In this document: in pieces, positions 12,179 through 26,269 of the stretch | How positions within the stretch are numbered: position 1 is the stretch's first letter | Layout of the letters: every line of letters starts with the position of its first letter | Source: Octopus sinensis | Taxonomy: Eukaryota | Length of the DNA stretch: 64,000 nt | Assembly (NCBI RefSeq): GCF_006345805.1 | Contig: NC_042998.1 | Coordinates: 170,996,001 to 171,060,000 of the forward strand | Direction of reading: 5' to 3' | Made by a program: the position numbers and the translations under genes | The notes under the pieces: model-generated | What the model saw: the letters and a program-made list of their open reading frames with translations, nothing else | What the model was told of the DNA's origin: nothing | Databases searched by the model: none

Positions 12179-13175
12179 ATATATATATATACTCAAATTA
12201 GAATCCAGAAATTGGAAAAATAGTGTTCATATAATTTAATAACTGAAAAAATTTAACATGTTCACTTCCAGCTGTTTCAATTTTCCCCCAAAGAATTAAA
12301 TTCCAGTAATTAAAACATTTTATTGGAAGAATAACATGTAATAAGCTAATGATGTGTCTTTTGTACTCTTCTGACAAAATTTTGCTCAATAAAATGTTTT
12401 GATTACTGGAATTTAATTCTTTTGGGCAATATTGAAACAGCTGTAGTGAACACATTAGATTTTTGCAGTTAATAAATAATATTAACACTACTTCACCAAT
12501 TTCTGGATTTTAATTTGAATATTTATAAACCAAGATTTATACCTAAACCGATTATTTCAGGAATATTACTACTCACAACAAAATAATAGATAAGAAACCA
12601 GTAATTCATTGGATATTTTCTGTCCCTTAAGGTGGTTATTTTAACCTCTATTTACATTCATCATCATCATCATCATTTAATGTCTGTTTTCCGTGCTGGC
12701 ACGAGTTGGATGGTTCGACCGGGGTCTGGGAAGCCAGGAAGCTGCACCAGGCTCCAATCTGATCTGGCAGTGTTTCTACAGCTGGATGCCCTTCCTACCA
12801 CCAACCACACCATGAGTGTAGTGGGTGTTTTTTACGTGCCACCAGCATAGGTGCCAGGGGAGGCTGGCAGTGGCCACGATCGGTTGGTGCTTTTTACATG
12901 CTACTGGCACAGATATCACATCTACAGTTTCCATTTGATATTTATTTTGATGTTGATGTACTTGACTCACTAGGTCTCCTCAAGCACAGCAGGTCATTCT
13001 GCAATCCAAGGGACTTTGGATGGGCTGGGGCTATGCGAAACTGGTGCAGGAAACAGCCACAAACTCTTCGCAGTCACAGCATATCTCCAGAGATATTGGT
13101 CTTTCGTCATTACCTCTGTGAGGCCCAATGTTCGAAAGTCATGCTTGACCACCTCATCCCTTGTCTTCCTGGGTC

Positions 13176-13208
<33 letters not shown>

Positions 13209-13415
13209 GTCTGGGGAGAGTCATTCACTTTTAGTGCCTTATTATTTAACACGCTCACGAGTAAAGTTTCCACTCAAAAACTTAATTATTTTTTCTAAAA
13301 TTTTCATTACGTCTTGCAACCTTTTCAATAGTAGTTGATTCTCTCCATTATACGGGCGGTGTTCTTTTTGTTTGTTTGTGTGCATATGTGTGGGTCAGTG
13401 TGTATGTGCATACAC

Positions 13416-13448
<33 letters not shown>

Positions 13449-13574
13449 TGTATATACATATGCATACACACACATACATACATACATACATACATGCATA
13501 CACACACTAACATGCATACATACATACACACACATACATACATACATGCATGCATGCATGCATGCATGCATACA

Positions 13575-13608
<34 letters not shown>

Positions 13609-13801
13609 CATGTGTATGCACATACATACTGACCCACACACATGCACACAAACAAACAAACAAAAGAACACAGCTTGGATAACGGACAGAGTCAACGACT
13701 ATTGAAAATGTTGCAAGATGCAACAAAAACTTTAGAAAAGTAAATAAGTAAATGAGTGGAAACTTTACGGATGAATGTGTTAAATAATATATATATATAT
13801 A

Positions 13802-15056
13802 TTGGGTCGTCAAGTATGAAATTTGTAGACAGCTGCTCATTTTGTGCCATTATTATATTTTGAGAATCTTTATTTTTTTTAGAAAGCTGACACATCTATT
13901 TCTTTATTCTATCTTATTTTGCACTTTATAAAGTATTTATAAATCAGTTTTTGTTGTTTTTGTTGAGAGATGGATAAGTTGGAAATTTGTACAGTTTTGA
14001 AATATGAGTTCTTTCTTGGAAAAACAGCATCACAGACAGTTTGGTATATTAATGGAGTATTTCATTCTAATGTTATTACACAGCAGACTGTCAAATTAGT
14101 TTGCAAAATTTCTTTCTGGTAACTTTTACTTCACAAGTGAACAACGCAGTCAACCAGAAACAAAGGTGGATAATGACAAACTGAAAGCCACCATCGAGTT
14201 AGATCCATCACAAAGCGCCTGTGAATTATCGTTGTTGTTTGGTGTCAGCAAGCAAACAATATTGACTCACCTAGTTCAAATCAGTAAAGTGAAAAAGTTG
14301 GATAAGTGAGTTTTACACTAGCTCAATGAAAATCAGAAACAGCAACATTTGGAAGCCTGCATTATGCTACTTACTTGTTACAAAAATGATATCATTTTTT
14401 AATCAAATTGTAACATGGGATGAGAAATGGATCCAATACAAAAACCATAAATGTTCAGCAGAATGGTTAGACAAAGATGAGCCACCAAAACACAGTCCAA
14501 AAAGCAAAATTCATCTAAAGAAGCTGATGGTGTGTGTTTGGTGGTCTGGCACAGGTGGGATCCATTATGATTTCATTAAACCTGGCTTGTCAATCACGGC
14601 CAAAGTATACTGCAGCCAACTGGACCAAATGATGCAAAAACTTACAAAAAACAGTGTAGATTAGTCAACAGATCCATTCCTATTTTATTGTAAGACAACG
14701 CCAGACCACACACTGCAAAAATGACATTGGTGAAACTACAGGAGTTGGAGTTGGAAGTTCTCCATCATCCACCATACTCACCTAATCTTGCCCCCACTGA
14801 CTACCACTTCCAGAATTTGGATAACTTTTTGATAGGAAAAAAATCTAATTCCAATGATGCTGTAAAACACACCTTCCAAGATTTTATTGACTCTAGATTG
14901 CCAGGCTTTTACAGTTCTGGGCTGGACAAGCTACCGGTGAAATGGCAAAAGTGTATTGACAATATAGGTGCATACTTTGATAAATAAAACTCTTCCTTGT
15001 ATTTATAAAACATTAACTTTTTTCTTTTCTACAAATTTCATTACTTGATGACCAAA
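13802..15056 (+). mobile_element. Full-length defective mariner (DD34D) transposon
   Basis: ~28-bp TIRs (TTGGGTCGTCAAGTATGAAATTTGTAGA), TA flanks, 1255 bp; motifs IVTWDEKW, DNARPH, HPPYSPNLAPTDYH with stops and frameshifts. Confidence 0.92.
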
Positions 15057-15058
15057 TA

Positions 15059-15109
<51 letters not shown>

Positions 15110-15110
<1 letters not shown>

Positions 15111-15516
15111 CAGCAAACTGGCTTCCGTGCCGGTGGCACGTAAAAATCACCATTTGAGTGAGATCGTTACTAGAGTCGCCTTACTGGCACCTGTGCCGGT
15201 GGCACATGAAAAAGAACATTCGAGTGAGGTCATTGCTAGTGCTGCTGGACTGGCTCCTGTGCAGGTGGCATGTAAAAAACACCATTTGAGTGTGGCTGTT
15301 GCCAGTACCGCATGACTGGCCCTCATGCCGGGTGCATGTAAAAGCACACACTACATTCTTGGAGTGGTTGGCGTTAGGAAGGGCATCCAGCTGTAGAGAC
15401 TGCCAGATCAGATTGGAGCCTGGTGCAGTCATCTGGTTTGCCGGACCTCAGTCAAATCGTCCAACCCATGCCAGCATGGAAACCGGACGTTAAACGATGA
15501 TGATGATGATGATGAT
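15110..15516 (+). mobile_element. RTE 3'UTR-only copy. Others: 12660-13175 (-), 31100-31420 (-), 50325-50582 (+), 56797-57300 (-); RT scrap at 1-77
   Basis: Matches the 3' end of the long RTE copies. Confidence 0.8.
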
Positions 15517-16206
15517 ATATATATATATATATATATGAGAGTGTGTGTGTGTATCTGCTTGCTTTTCTATATCTATATTTCTATCTCTGTCTACCTATCT
15601 GTCTGCCTGTTTGCCTGCTTGTCTGTCTATCTATCTGCTCATATATCAGTATATCTCTGTCTCTTTCCTCTGTTCTTTCTTATTTATTTTATCGTGGGTA
15701 ACTGACAGAGTCACTAGAGTTTTAGATAGAATACCTTACAGTATTTGTTCTGATTTATTGCACTCTCAATTCAAGTCCTACTGAGATCTACTTTATTATG
15801 TACCCTCTCAGAGTAAATAAAGCATACCAAACCAGGATCAACAAAAGTGCTAGTGGGTCAGGTAAGATGTCTTGAAATATCTATCCCAAATCTTTGCAAA
15901 TTCATAGAGGCATTTAATCTATCATCAAGTTCTGAGGTCAAATTCTACTGAAGCTGATTTTGCCTTTCATCCTTTTGGGAGACAATGAAATAAGTACCAG
16001 TTAAGCACTGGGGGCACTGTAATTGATTAATCCTCTACCTAACCAAATTTTAGGACTTATTGTTTTAACATCCATTTTCTATACTTGAATGGGTCAGAAA
16101 TAATTTGAACAACACAATGTCCAGAAATATTTTCATGGAAGATTTATTTACCATTTTTGTTTTCATATTAAACATTCTGATAAATAGATAAAATAATAAC
16201 TCTTAC

Positions 16207-16570
16207 CTTTTCTAAGTCCAGCCAAAAATGCCATTCCATTTCGCGTAACTTCTATTACAGTGACAAATTTGTCACTAGAAATAGAAAAACCACAATCTTT
16301 GAGCCTTCCACAGTGTAAGACAAATTCACACAACTCAGACACAATTCCAAGAGAAGTTGGAAAGCTTTTCTTGCTCTTCATTAGAACCATGATTACATCT
16401 GCAGACAACCCATCAACATCATAACCATCAAATTCAATTATTCTATCTCCAATTTGGAGGCCAAATTCTTCAGCAATGCTATTTTTTTCTATTGATGCAA
16501 TAAATGCTGGACCATTTCCAACAAGCTTTAAACCATATTTCTGAAGCCAGGTCTTCTTAGCTAAAGCCAT
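16207..16570 (-). CDS. GRID2IP: Delphilin/GRID2IP-like protein, first coding exon (PDZ1 and N-half of PDZ2); the exon probably starts at 16624 with 5'UTR
   Basis: ATG at 16570. TWLQKYGLKLVGNGPAFIASIEKNSIAEEFGLQIGDRIIEFDG...PTSLGIV resembles the N-terminal PDZ of delphilin ([20 protein letters not shown]...GDQILEVEG...PPSLGV, recalled). Donor AAAG|gtaaga is phase 1; upstream acceptor ttacag lies at 16625-16630. Confidence 0.85.
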
Positions 16571-17149
16571 TTTATTAGGTAAAGTAAAACATCATAAGTG
16601 GGTGAGTCATTTGTTTTGGTAAACCTGTAATGAGAATTTTAATGAAATAGAAAAATGTATGAGTAATTTACTTAGATTATATTTTTGGGACTTTTTTTTT
16701 AAAATTTGATTTTCTTTTCAAATATAAAGAAGAAATTTTTACCATGTTATAGAAGATAACTCTTTCAAAGAATTTAATAATATCTTATATTGAAATTTTG
16801 GGAGCCAAAACTGAAAACTATGGAGAGAAAAGATAACAAACTTTACCCACCAGTGGCTGGGCAATGACCACCATCACCACCACGACCACGACGACCACCA
16901 CCACCATCGTCGTCGTCGTCCTCATCTCGTTAATTGATAATGTTGATAAAATTAGCCACCACCTTGCCACTGGTAGGTAAAGTTTGTTCTCTTTTCTCTC
17001 CATAATTTTCATCTTTGGCTCCCTGGTCTCTAATATCTCTCCATATTGTTCTTTGTCATTCTTTGTATATTTTGTGCATATTAGCCAATATACTTTTTGC
17101 GGGTGGCTTTAATTTTCCTAATCTCAACTAGCCCGAGAGCTATATCCAT

Positions 17150-18040
17150 CCTGGAACTAAACAAATAAACAAGAGAGCTATGAATGCTCACCTCAATACC
17201 ACTAAAGACTTCCTCATGTGACAAATCATTACTTCTCCAACTAGGGGAAATAACATACTTGACTTAGTCTTTACCCCTAATACAGACTTCATTCACAATG
17301 TTCAGGTTATTTCTAATAACTGTTTCACAACATTGTACAGTTATCTATATATGGTTCAACGAGGGCAACACACACAAATAATATCAAACATGATTCACCC
17401 TTCATTGACTTGAATTTCAGGAAGGTTGAGACAAAGGAAATTGAAATCCTCAAAGCAAACTGGTATATGGGGCAACCTCAATGTTAATAAGAGAAATGTA
17501 GTTTCTGTACAAAGAGTTAATCAAAATCTGTCAAAAACATACCCCATATAAGCTCATCTGTTCCTGCAAGGGCTTGATTCCATGATATAGATGGATGCTA
17601 ATGCATAAGAGAACCAAACTATCAAAGCAACCTAAATACCCAGGCTCTCTCAACAGATGAGATTGTGGAAAAAAATAAAAAAATAAAAAGTACTGAGCTG
17701 GACCTAAAAATATCTTATGAAAAAGTAACTTCACTGAAGGAACACTGAGCAGTGTAGAATATAAAGCCTAATCCCAAGTTTTTCGCCATTTTGTTAAACA
17801 AAAATCATCTACACATAATGGATTATATACAAATGATTCATCATAAATATGCACACTCTTGAGTTAGCAATAAAACAGAGCATTTTCCCAACTCATAACC
17901 AACAAAATAGTACATAATCCAAATGAATTCGTTGATCCCCAGAATTCAACTTCAGAGACATGTCTAGAAATTGATGATATTATGGAAAATGATATACTTG
18001 TAGCTATCAATTTACTATCGATCACACCTTCACTCTTGCT
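17150..18040 (+). mobile_element. Highly decayed CR1/L2-type LINE fragment (APE endonuclease and linker)
   Basis: QIITSPTRGNNILDLVFT at ~17222-17275; NIKPNPKFF at ~17760. Confidence 0.6.
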
Positions 18041-20334
18041 TGTCATTCACTACCTTTACCACTGATGCCATCTCTAACCATCAGTTAATCTCCTCTCATA
18101 CACTCATGAAATTAACCACCCTCTCCTTACCATCTGACTCATTGTCTGTATTCTCTCTTATATTCTACTTTATGCTTTGAGGGGAGCCCTGACACCTCAT
18201 CACCACCATCTTTATCTCTCTTTTCAGTTACTTCCACCCACTCTTATATAATGTGGGATAGCCATGTATCCCTAAAGCAAGACATCTTTTCCTGCCCCTC
18301 TTGGTATACATTTGATATGAAGCCACCCCGCTCTCTACTACAACTCCAGTTAGTTGAGGGCCTTTTTCTTTGTCATGCAAGACACTTAACTACATCACTA
18401 CTGTTGGTGTCCTTCAAAGAAAAAGCACCCAGTACTCTCTGTAAAGTGGTTGGTATGAAGAAAGGTATCCAACTATAGAAATTATACCAAAGCTGATACT
18501 GGAGCTTGACACAGTTCTCTAACTCACTGGAGCCTGTTGAACCATCCAATCCATGCCAGCATAAAAGATAGATGTTTAATGATGATATAAAAAAATTTTT
18601 TAAAAGCTGTGCTGAAGCACTTTTTGTGCCTTATTTGGTGTGCTGTGGTTCAAGGAACATTGAACATTTCTGCTCCAAACCAATAAAAATGGTAAAAAAT
18701 AATTGCTTCATACATTGAGAGGCTGATTGTTATTAGCAATAGCAGGTGTGATGTTCTTGATGCTGTTGGGTATACTAACTCCCTAATAATCAGCTTTGAG
18801 CACATTAATGGCACAGAGGAACTTCTCAAAGAAAACATCCTCAGTAATATGATATTGAATGTTTATATTTCTCCTGATCTAATCTATCTTTCATATTGTC
18901 TAATAAATAACATCGAATTCATTTAAGTGGTATAAATAGATGACAAATAAATAAACCTAATCTGTTATGCAGTTTAACACCATCACCTGGCACTTTGAAT
19001 GTCTTTAGAAGTCAACTCTATTGTTAGCTCGGGGATTAAAAGATAAAAAAGAAAAAAAACAAGAGCAGCTCTGACCTATTTAGTTTACTACTGTGACCTT
19101 GACATAATACACTAGTTGTGAGGAAACTGTAAACATCTTTTAATTCTATATTTCTATATTTTGTTATTGAAAAAGGAAATTTGCACAATTTTGAGTTTTA
19201 ATTATTTTTATTGTGAATTCTAGTAACAAAATTAAAGCAAACCCAGTGATGGTATGTTTAGTAATGTACTTATTTAAGTCTAATGATATAGTTCCACTGT
19301 AAAGAACTTATTTATAACAAAGCTGTAGTTCCAAGAAGTCCTTTATTTATGGAAACCTTCAACTGAATAACCAAGCTACCTTCAGCACACCTGCAACCAT
19401 GTTTATAGAATTTTCCACTTAAAGCCTTATGAGTGCATTTTCAAGATTCTCCTTTCAGGAATTCGTATATCACCATTTGTTATTTCATCTCTAATGAACC
19501 TTTCTGGATTTCAAGAATACTGATATTAAAAGTTCTGTCACCAAGAGCATAGGTAGCAATTATTCTGTTGTACTGATTTGAACCTTAACTACTAGATTGT
19601 TGGTTAGGCATCACAAGTGAGCCACCACAGTTTCTTGTGATTGATCTATAATCAATCAAACAACATGAAGCTGTAGCATGATATGGCTTCTCTGTGTTCT
19701 AGAATTTACCTTCTTGTTGCTTTATATAAACAGATAAGTGCCTAATTCACCAGGCAACCAGCTTCTGGCATTCGAGCTGACAGCTTCTTACTTTCCACAA
19801 AGGATTTCAGGTTCTTGGACTGATACTGAACATCCACATATGTCCCATAAGTAGCTTTCTATGGACATGGTGTGGTTTTTCTCTCCTCTTGGTTAGAAGT
19901 CATATTATTAATATTCTTCGTTGTAAAGGCAGTGAACTGGCAGAATCATTAGCATGCCAGGTAAAATACTTAGTGGCATTTTGTCTGTCTTTACACTGTG
20001 AATTCAAATTCCATTGGGGTTCAACTTTGTTTTTCATCCTTTCTGGGTTGATAAAATAAGTACCAGTTAACCCCCTCCCTCAAAGCTGCTGACGTTGTGC
20101 CAAAATTTGAAATCAATATTTTCCATTGTAAATAGTCAATGCCAAATATCAAGTCTGGCAATAAATATTGAAGTTAAATGTTTGTGACATTGCTTCAGTT
20201 ATTATTCACGCTACCAACAGCATTTAATATCACTACTGTACAACTTCAACAAGCAACTCTATGACATTATCCTTAATTTTATCCATTCTAAAGTTGACTG
20301 TTGATTAATTTATCATGTAGTATGTCGTCGTCGT

Positions 20335-23300
20335 CATCATCATCATCATCGTTTAACGTCCGTTTTCCATGCTGGCATGGGCTGGACAGTTCGACTGGGG
20401 TCTGGGAAGCCAGGAGGCAGCACCAGGCTCCAGTCTGATCTGGCTGTGTTTCTACAGCTGGATGCCCTTCCTAATACCAACCACTCCAAGAGTGTAGTGG
20501 GTTCTTTTTACATGCCACCGGCACAGGGGCCAGAGGAGGCTGGAAATGACCATGATTGATTGGTGCTTTTTACATACCACAAGCACGGAAGCCAGTCAAG
20601 TTGGTGCTGGCATCGGCCACGTTCGGATGGTCCTTTTTACGTGCTACTGGCACAGGGATCACAGCTACAATTTCCATTTGATTTTTATGTACTAGACTCA
20701 ATAGCTCTCCTCAAGCACAGCATGTCGCCCTATGATCCAAGGTACTTTTGAGTGGGCTTGTTATGTGACACTGGTGTAGGTTACAGCTGTGAACTCACTT
20801 TATTTGCTGGGTCTTCTCAGTCACAGCATATCTCAAGAAGTCTGGGTCTTTTGTCATTGCCTCTGTGAGGCCTAACGTTCGAAGGTCATGCTTCTCCTCC
20901 TCATTCCATGTCTTCATGGGTCATCTCCCTCTACCCTGGATTCATTCCACTGTTTGGAGTGGCACTTCTTCACACATCTCTCCTCATCCATCCATAGTAC
21001 ATGACCATACTGACGCAAACATCTCTCTTGCATGCCACATCCAATGCTTCTTATGTCCAACATTTTACTCAGGGCACTTACACTCTGTTGTGTGTACACA
21101 CTGACATTACACATCCAGTGGATCATGCTAGCTTCATTTCTTTCAAGCCTACACATGTCTTCAGCAGTCACAGCCCATGTTTCACTGCCGTGAAGCATGG
21201 CTGTTCACACACATGCATCGTACAATCTACCTTTCACTCTGAGCAAGAGACCGTTTGTCACCAGTAGGGGTAGAAGATTTCTGAACTTTGCCCAGGATAT
21301 TCTTATTTTAGTGGTAACACTCTCTGAGCATCAACCCCAACTACAGACTTGGTCACCTAGGTAGCTTAACTATCAACTACTAGTTTCTCCCACTGGCATG
21401 TGATGGAATCTGTTTTTTGAGCATCTGTAGTGTTTATTGCTCCTGTGCATCTGCTGCACACAAAAGCTATCTTCCCAGTCAATAACCTTTGATGTTGCTT
21501 CACCTTTTATGTGTCCATAAAAAATGGGTACATCTTATGGAGTGTCTACCTACACCTTTTCTACAGATCAAATAGGGCCACCTACCTGAAGGGGTGTGTG
21601 ATGTGTTTGCCTTCCTACTTACTAGAACTTTACTCTTTGCAACATTGATTCTAAGGCCATTCAATTCTAAACCTTACTTCCACATCTGAAATTTCTTCTC
21701 TAGCTCTGGTAGTGATTCTGCTATGAGATCCAGGTCATCAGCATAGAGGAGCTCCCAGGGGCAACCCATCTTGAATTCCTCTGTTATTGCCAGGAGGACT
21801 ATGATGAATAAAAGGGGACTGAGGGCTGAACCGTGATGGACCTCTACTTCTACCCAGAATTTTTCACTATACTCATTGCCAACCCTAACCTTACAAACAA
21901 CATCTCTGTATAGGGCTTGTACAGCCCTTATTAATCATTCGTCAATCCTCAGTTTCCACGTCACCCACTAGATAAGGGAGCAGGGGACCCTGTCAAAGGC
22001 TTTCTCCAAGTCTACAAAAGCTAAGTATAGGGGTTTGTCTTTGGCTAGGTATTTCTGCTGCAGTTGCCGTACCATGAATATAGCATTAGTGGTGCTTCTA
22101 CCTGGCACAAAACCGAACTGCATCTCATCTAAGCAGACTCTCTCTCAAATTAGTTGGGCTATGACCTTCCCTGTGATCTTCATCACCTGATCCAGCAGTT
22201 TGATACCCCTGTAGTTATTTCTATCTAAAGCATCACCTTTACCCTTGTAGCAGTTGACTATGGTGCTGCTACACCAGTCATTGGGTATGACTCCATCATG
22301 AACTACCTGGTTTACAATACAGGTGATTTGGCCATAGCCCACACCACCAGATGTTTTAAGCATCTCAGCAGTGATTCCTGATGGGTCGGGTGCTTTTCCT
22401 AGCTTCATACCCTTTTCCTGGCTTCATACCCATAACCAGGGTGCTATCTATTCGGGTAGCCCGTCCCTCTACTGGGTCAACATTTGGCAGGCTCTCCTCC
22501 TCCCATTCATTCTCCACATTCATCAGTCTTTCATAATAGCTTCTCTAAACCTCTTTCTTTTCTGAATCATTAAAAGTAAGTGCACCATTATCCATGTGGA
22601 CACATTTCTCTCCTGTGATATCACAATTTTCTCTCACACACTGTCTTGCAATCCAAAATACTTCAGTTCTTTGATCCTCAAGTTGCTGGACATTGGCAAA
22701 CTTCTTCTATTCTGCTTCACCCTTGGCTATGTATACCTGTCGCCCAGCCTCCCTTCTGGCTATCTGGTACAGTTCCCTGTTACCCCCACCCTTACAGGCT
22801 TTCCAGGCCTGTTTCTTTGCTCTAATGGCTTTGTCTACCATATTATTCCACCACCACGTTACTCTAGGTCTGGAAGGGACTTTGCACCATCCCCAGACTT
22901 GGTCTGTGGCACTCAGTAAGCTGTCCTGTAGGAATTTCCTGCTACCTTCTATGTCTGAGGTCTGTAGTACATCCTCCCTCTCATCTTGATGTGGATGTCC
23001 CTAAATCTCTGACCTTGTGAAGGGTTCTGTAGCTTCCAAATCCTTCTTTTCTGGATTAGTCTGCTTCTTGGCATCCTTCTGGCCTCAAGTCTGAAGTCAC
23101 TAATGAGGGGTACATTCTTTGCCCGGGAGGGTCTTTGTATTTAAGAGCAACCCTGTGTCCCTCTGTCTGGTGAGGATGAATCTCCTGATTGATAGGTTAT
23201 TAGGTGGCTGTCTGGCTTCTTGAAGTTAGTGTTGCAGATTAAAAGGTTACATGCATCACAGAACTCCAGTAGCCTAGTTCCCTCATTGTTTTGGGAACCA

Positions 23301-23630
23301 ATACCATGGCTCCCATATACACCAGGAAAGATACTGGATTGCTGCCCAACATGCCCATTAAAATCTCCAGCCACAAAGATGAGGTCATTGCCACTCATCT
23401 TTGAGGTAGCCTGCAGAAGGGTATCATTAAGATGATCCTTCTGATCATTTGGTAGGCCTGCTTGTGGAGTGTAGGCAAAGATAATTGTAGCTGTGCTATT
23501 CTGCAGGACTAGTCTAACCTTAAGCACTCTATCGCATACCCTGACAACCTCTATGATCTTATCCACCCATTTCTCTGCAAGGAGTATACCTACACCCCCT
23601 ACTCCATTCATGTTACCTTGCCAGAAGATT
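20335..23630 (-). mobile_element. RTE-clade LINE, near full length and defective (APE, RT, 3'UTR, (GAT)n tail)
   Basis: APE motifs GVGILL, AGDFNGHVG, NTNF; RT motifs YKGKGD..NYRGIKLL and LLYADD; 3' end GGACGTTAAACGATGATG. Confidence 0.92.
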
Positions 23631-23855
23631 TTTAAATAAAAAAATAGGCCAACGTCTTATGTAACCTATCTTTGAGAATCATTGAAATAAGCAGTGACAT
23701 TAGTGCAGTATTTTAAACAAAAGTGAGGGGAGATAGTTAGATGGTATAGAGGTGGTTGTAGTAATTGAAAGTGAGAGATATAGGAGTGGTTAAGTGGGTT
23801 GGGTGTGGGTGGGGGTTATGTTAGATGAGGACAAAATTTTTTCATCATAATAAAG

Positions 23856-24390
23856 GGTTGGTGAGAATATTTTGCCATTGATTTTAACTCAAGTATCCCA
23901 TGGGAAGCTTTCCCTATTTTGTAAGAAACAGACAACTCTATCTGTACATTTTTACCACTATCTTTCCTTACTTCTTTTGATTCTTGCTCACCTGTGATTC
24001 AAATTCACTGGTTTCAAGTGATATAAATTAAAACCTTCCATTGAAATTTCATATTATGTTCCAAATAGCAGCATAATAACGACAAAATTATTTTACTAAA
24101 TTCATCATTATTTTCAAAACTAATTAAAACAAAGACAATGTATGTCAATAGAAATATGGTAACAAAAAGGGTTAAACCTTTTGTAGCAGAAACTATTTTG
24201 TGTACTGGTGACAGCTTGACTCTTGTAAACATTCAAGTGAAAAGTTTACTACCCACTGTGGATCCTACAACTGATGGAGTTGTCTGGGTTCCTTCTACAT
24301 TTTCCAAGACATTAGGCATTTTATTTTCCAAAATAAATTATGGTCACCAAATTAATATCAACAACATGTCTTTTACGAATGTCAGATACA
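23856..24390 (-). pseudogene. Decayed mitochondrial HSP70 (mortalin, HSPA9-like) N-terminal pseudogene, interrupted by a MITE-like insert (~23990-24175)
   Basis: Collinear peptides across frameshifts and stops: KRHVVDINLVT (cf. KGAVVGIDLGT), MPNVLENVEGTQTTPSVV (cf. KVLENAEGARTTPSVV), SQAVTSTQN..SATK, ESKEVRKD, VSYKIGKASHG/DT*VKINGKIFSP (cf. [24 protein letters not shown]). Confidence 0.75.
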
Positions 24391-24579
24391 TACAATCAGT
24401 TATGTGCATATTTAAAAGTATTAATTCATTTCATTATAGTACGTGTCTGATGGTGACTTCTACAAGAGCTAATCACTTTATTCCTAAGGTATAAATGTAT
24501 TGATATTCAATTGATTTTGAACATGATTGATGCAGTAAACCAAAGAACAGAACATTCAACTACAAAGACTGTGGTCTAA

Positions 24580-24637
24580 TAACCTTGATTTCAACCCAAG
24601 TATCTCCATTGAAAGTTTTCACTATCTTATATGAAAT
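24580..24637 (-). pseudogene. Second HSPA9-like fragment
   Basis: Translates to SYKIVKTFNGDTWVEIK, paralogous to the piece at 23860-23930. Confidence 0.6.
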
Positions 24638-26269
24638 GGAATGCCACACCACCTTCCCATGAGCCTCATGGCAATAGAAACTGTATTTTTAGCATTGGGA
24701 AACAGCATGACACTTGGGAAACATTTCAACCAAGTATCAAGCTGTCACCTGTGGCTGTGTGCATTTCAAAGTAATTTTCTATATGTATTTATTTAGCTAG
24801 CAAACATTGATTCATCTGTTGATTTTTAACCCATAAAGTGAAATCTATTGTTGAGCAAAGATTACATGAACATATATAAAAAACTGAATTTTGAAAACGA
24901 ATTACTTATATATGGAAAACAAGAGTTGGAAGAAAGTAAATTAAAAGAACCCTTTTTTCTCAAATCCATTTAAATGCCAGTTTTAACTAGTTTATCTGTT
25001 GTGGCTGTCATTTATTCACCTGCTATGAATGTTATAACAGCTGCTTCTGCAATTACATCTCCAGTCATGTGTCTAAACATTTTTTTTTTAATGTATGTAA
25101 CTATGATTCACACTGAACTGAATGCCTGGAGCTCTGTGATGCATCACCCTTCTCTATGTTCTCTGAAATTCTTTACGACACTTTAAGATATAAAGAAAAT
25201 GTTTTTGCATCAGATTTTCTGCAGCCAGACACCCTTCTTGCCACCATCATCATCATCATCGTCGTCGTCATCATCATTGCTGTTGTCATTATCATAATTG
25301 TTGTCTTTATCGACATCATTATTGTTGTTGCTGTCATTGTCATCATCATCGTTATCATCGTCATCAACATCATTGTCATCAGCGTCATCATCATTATCAT
25401 CATCGTCATCATTTAACATTTGTTTTCCATGCAGGTATGGGTTGGACAGTTTGACAAGTGCTGGTAAGCTGGAGGGATATACCAGGCTCTATTGTTTGTT
25501 TTGACATGGTTTCTACTGATGGATGCCCTTCATGATGCCAACCATTTTACAGAGTGTAATGGATGCTTTCTTCCATGGCACCAACAACAGTGAGGTCACT
25601 GAATAACTTGCAAGTCAAAACAGATTCCCTTTGAATGGGGAGGGGTAATATTGAGGGAGGTGGGTTTGTGCCAGTTGATGATAGGTTAAAAGAATAATAT
25701 AGGGTAGAGATAGGTGTGTTGCTGTAGAAAAAATACAAGGATATCCTAATTGGCGAAGAAGAGAGAAAAAGACTTAGAAAGATAGGAGATGTTGTGTTGG
25801 ATATGTGTCTGGACATACCTTCAAGGCAGAGTGAGTGGGGTAGGGGATATAGGCAAAGTAACACAGAGAATTGGACTGGGTGGGGGTAAAATTTCATAAG
25901 AAAGTGAGGGGAGATAGCTAGATGGTATAGAGGTGGCTGTAGTAATTGAAAGTGAGAGATATAGGAGTGGTTAAGTGGGTGGGTGGGTGGGGTGGGGGGT
26001 TATGTTAGATATGTGAGGGAATTGGGAGAGACAGGGGATGAAAGAGGTGTAAGGATGGATGGAGTATAGAAGAGAAGAGTTAACAACAAACAAGATGAGG
26101 ACAAATTTCCTTCAAATGTAAATAATGTAAATAATGTACATAATTCCTCATCTGTTAAATATAGAACTGTCTTATCAAACATATATCACAAGTATGGAAA
26201 CCTTTGAATAAGGGTTAAGTGCAACCCCCCCCAAAAAAAAAACTGAAGATCTGCTCATATAAAGAAAAC

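Noticed and set aside
12198-12488. 96-aa ORF as a delphilin exon
   Set aside because: It would interrupt PDZ2, whose halves already join in phase, and it coincides with a foldback palindrome.
19700-19800. Possible 5'UTR exon donors of the delphilin-like gene (AAG|gtaaat ~19709; AAA|gtaaga ~19790)
   Set aside because: Plausible but indistinguishable from background without transcript data.
24975-25080. Further HSP70 fragment (AVIT..NDS)
   Set aside because: Similarity too weak and frameshift-dependent to support.
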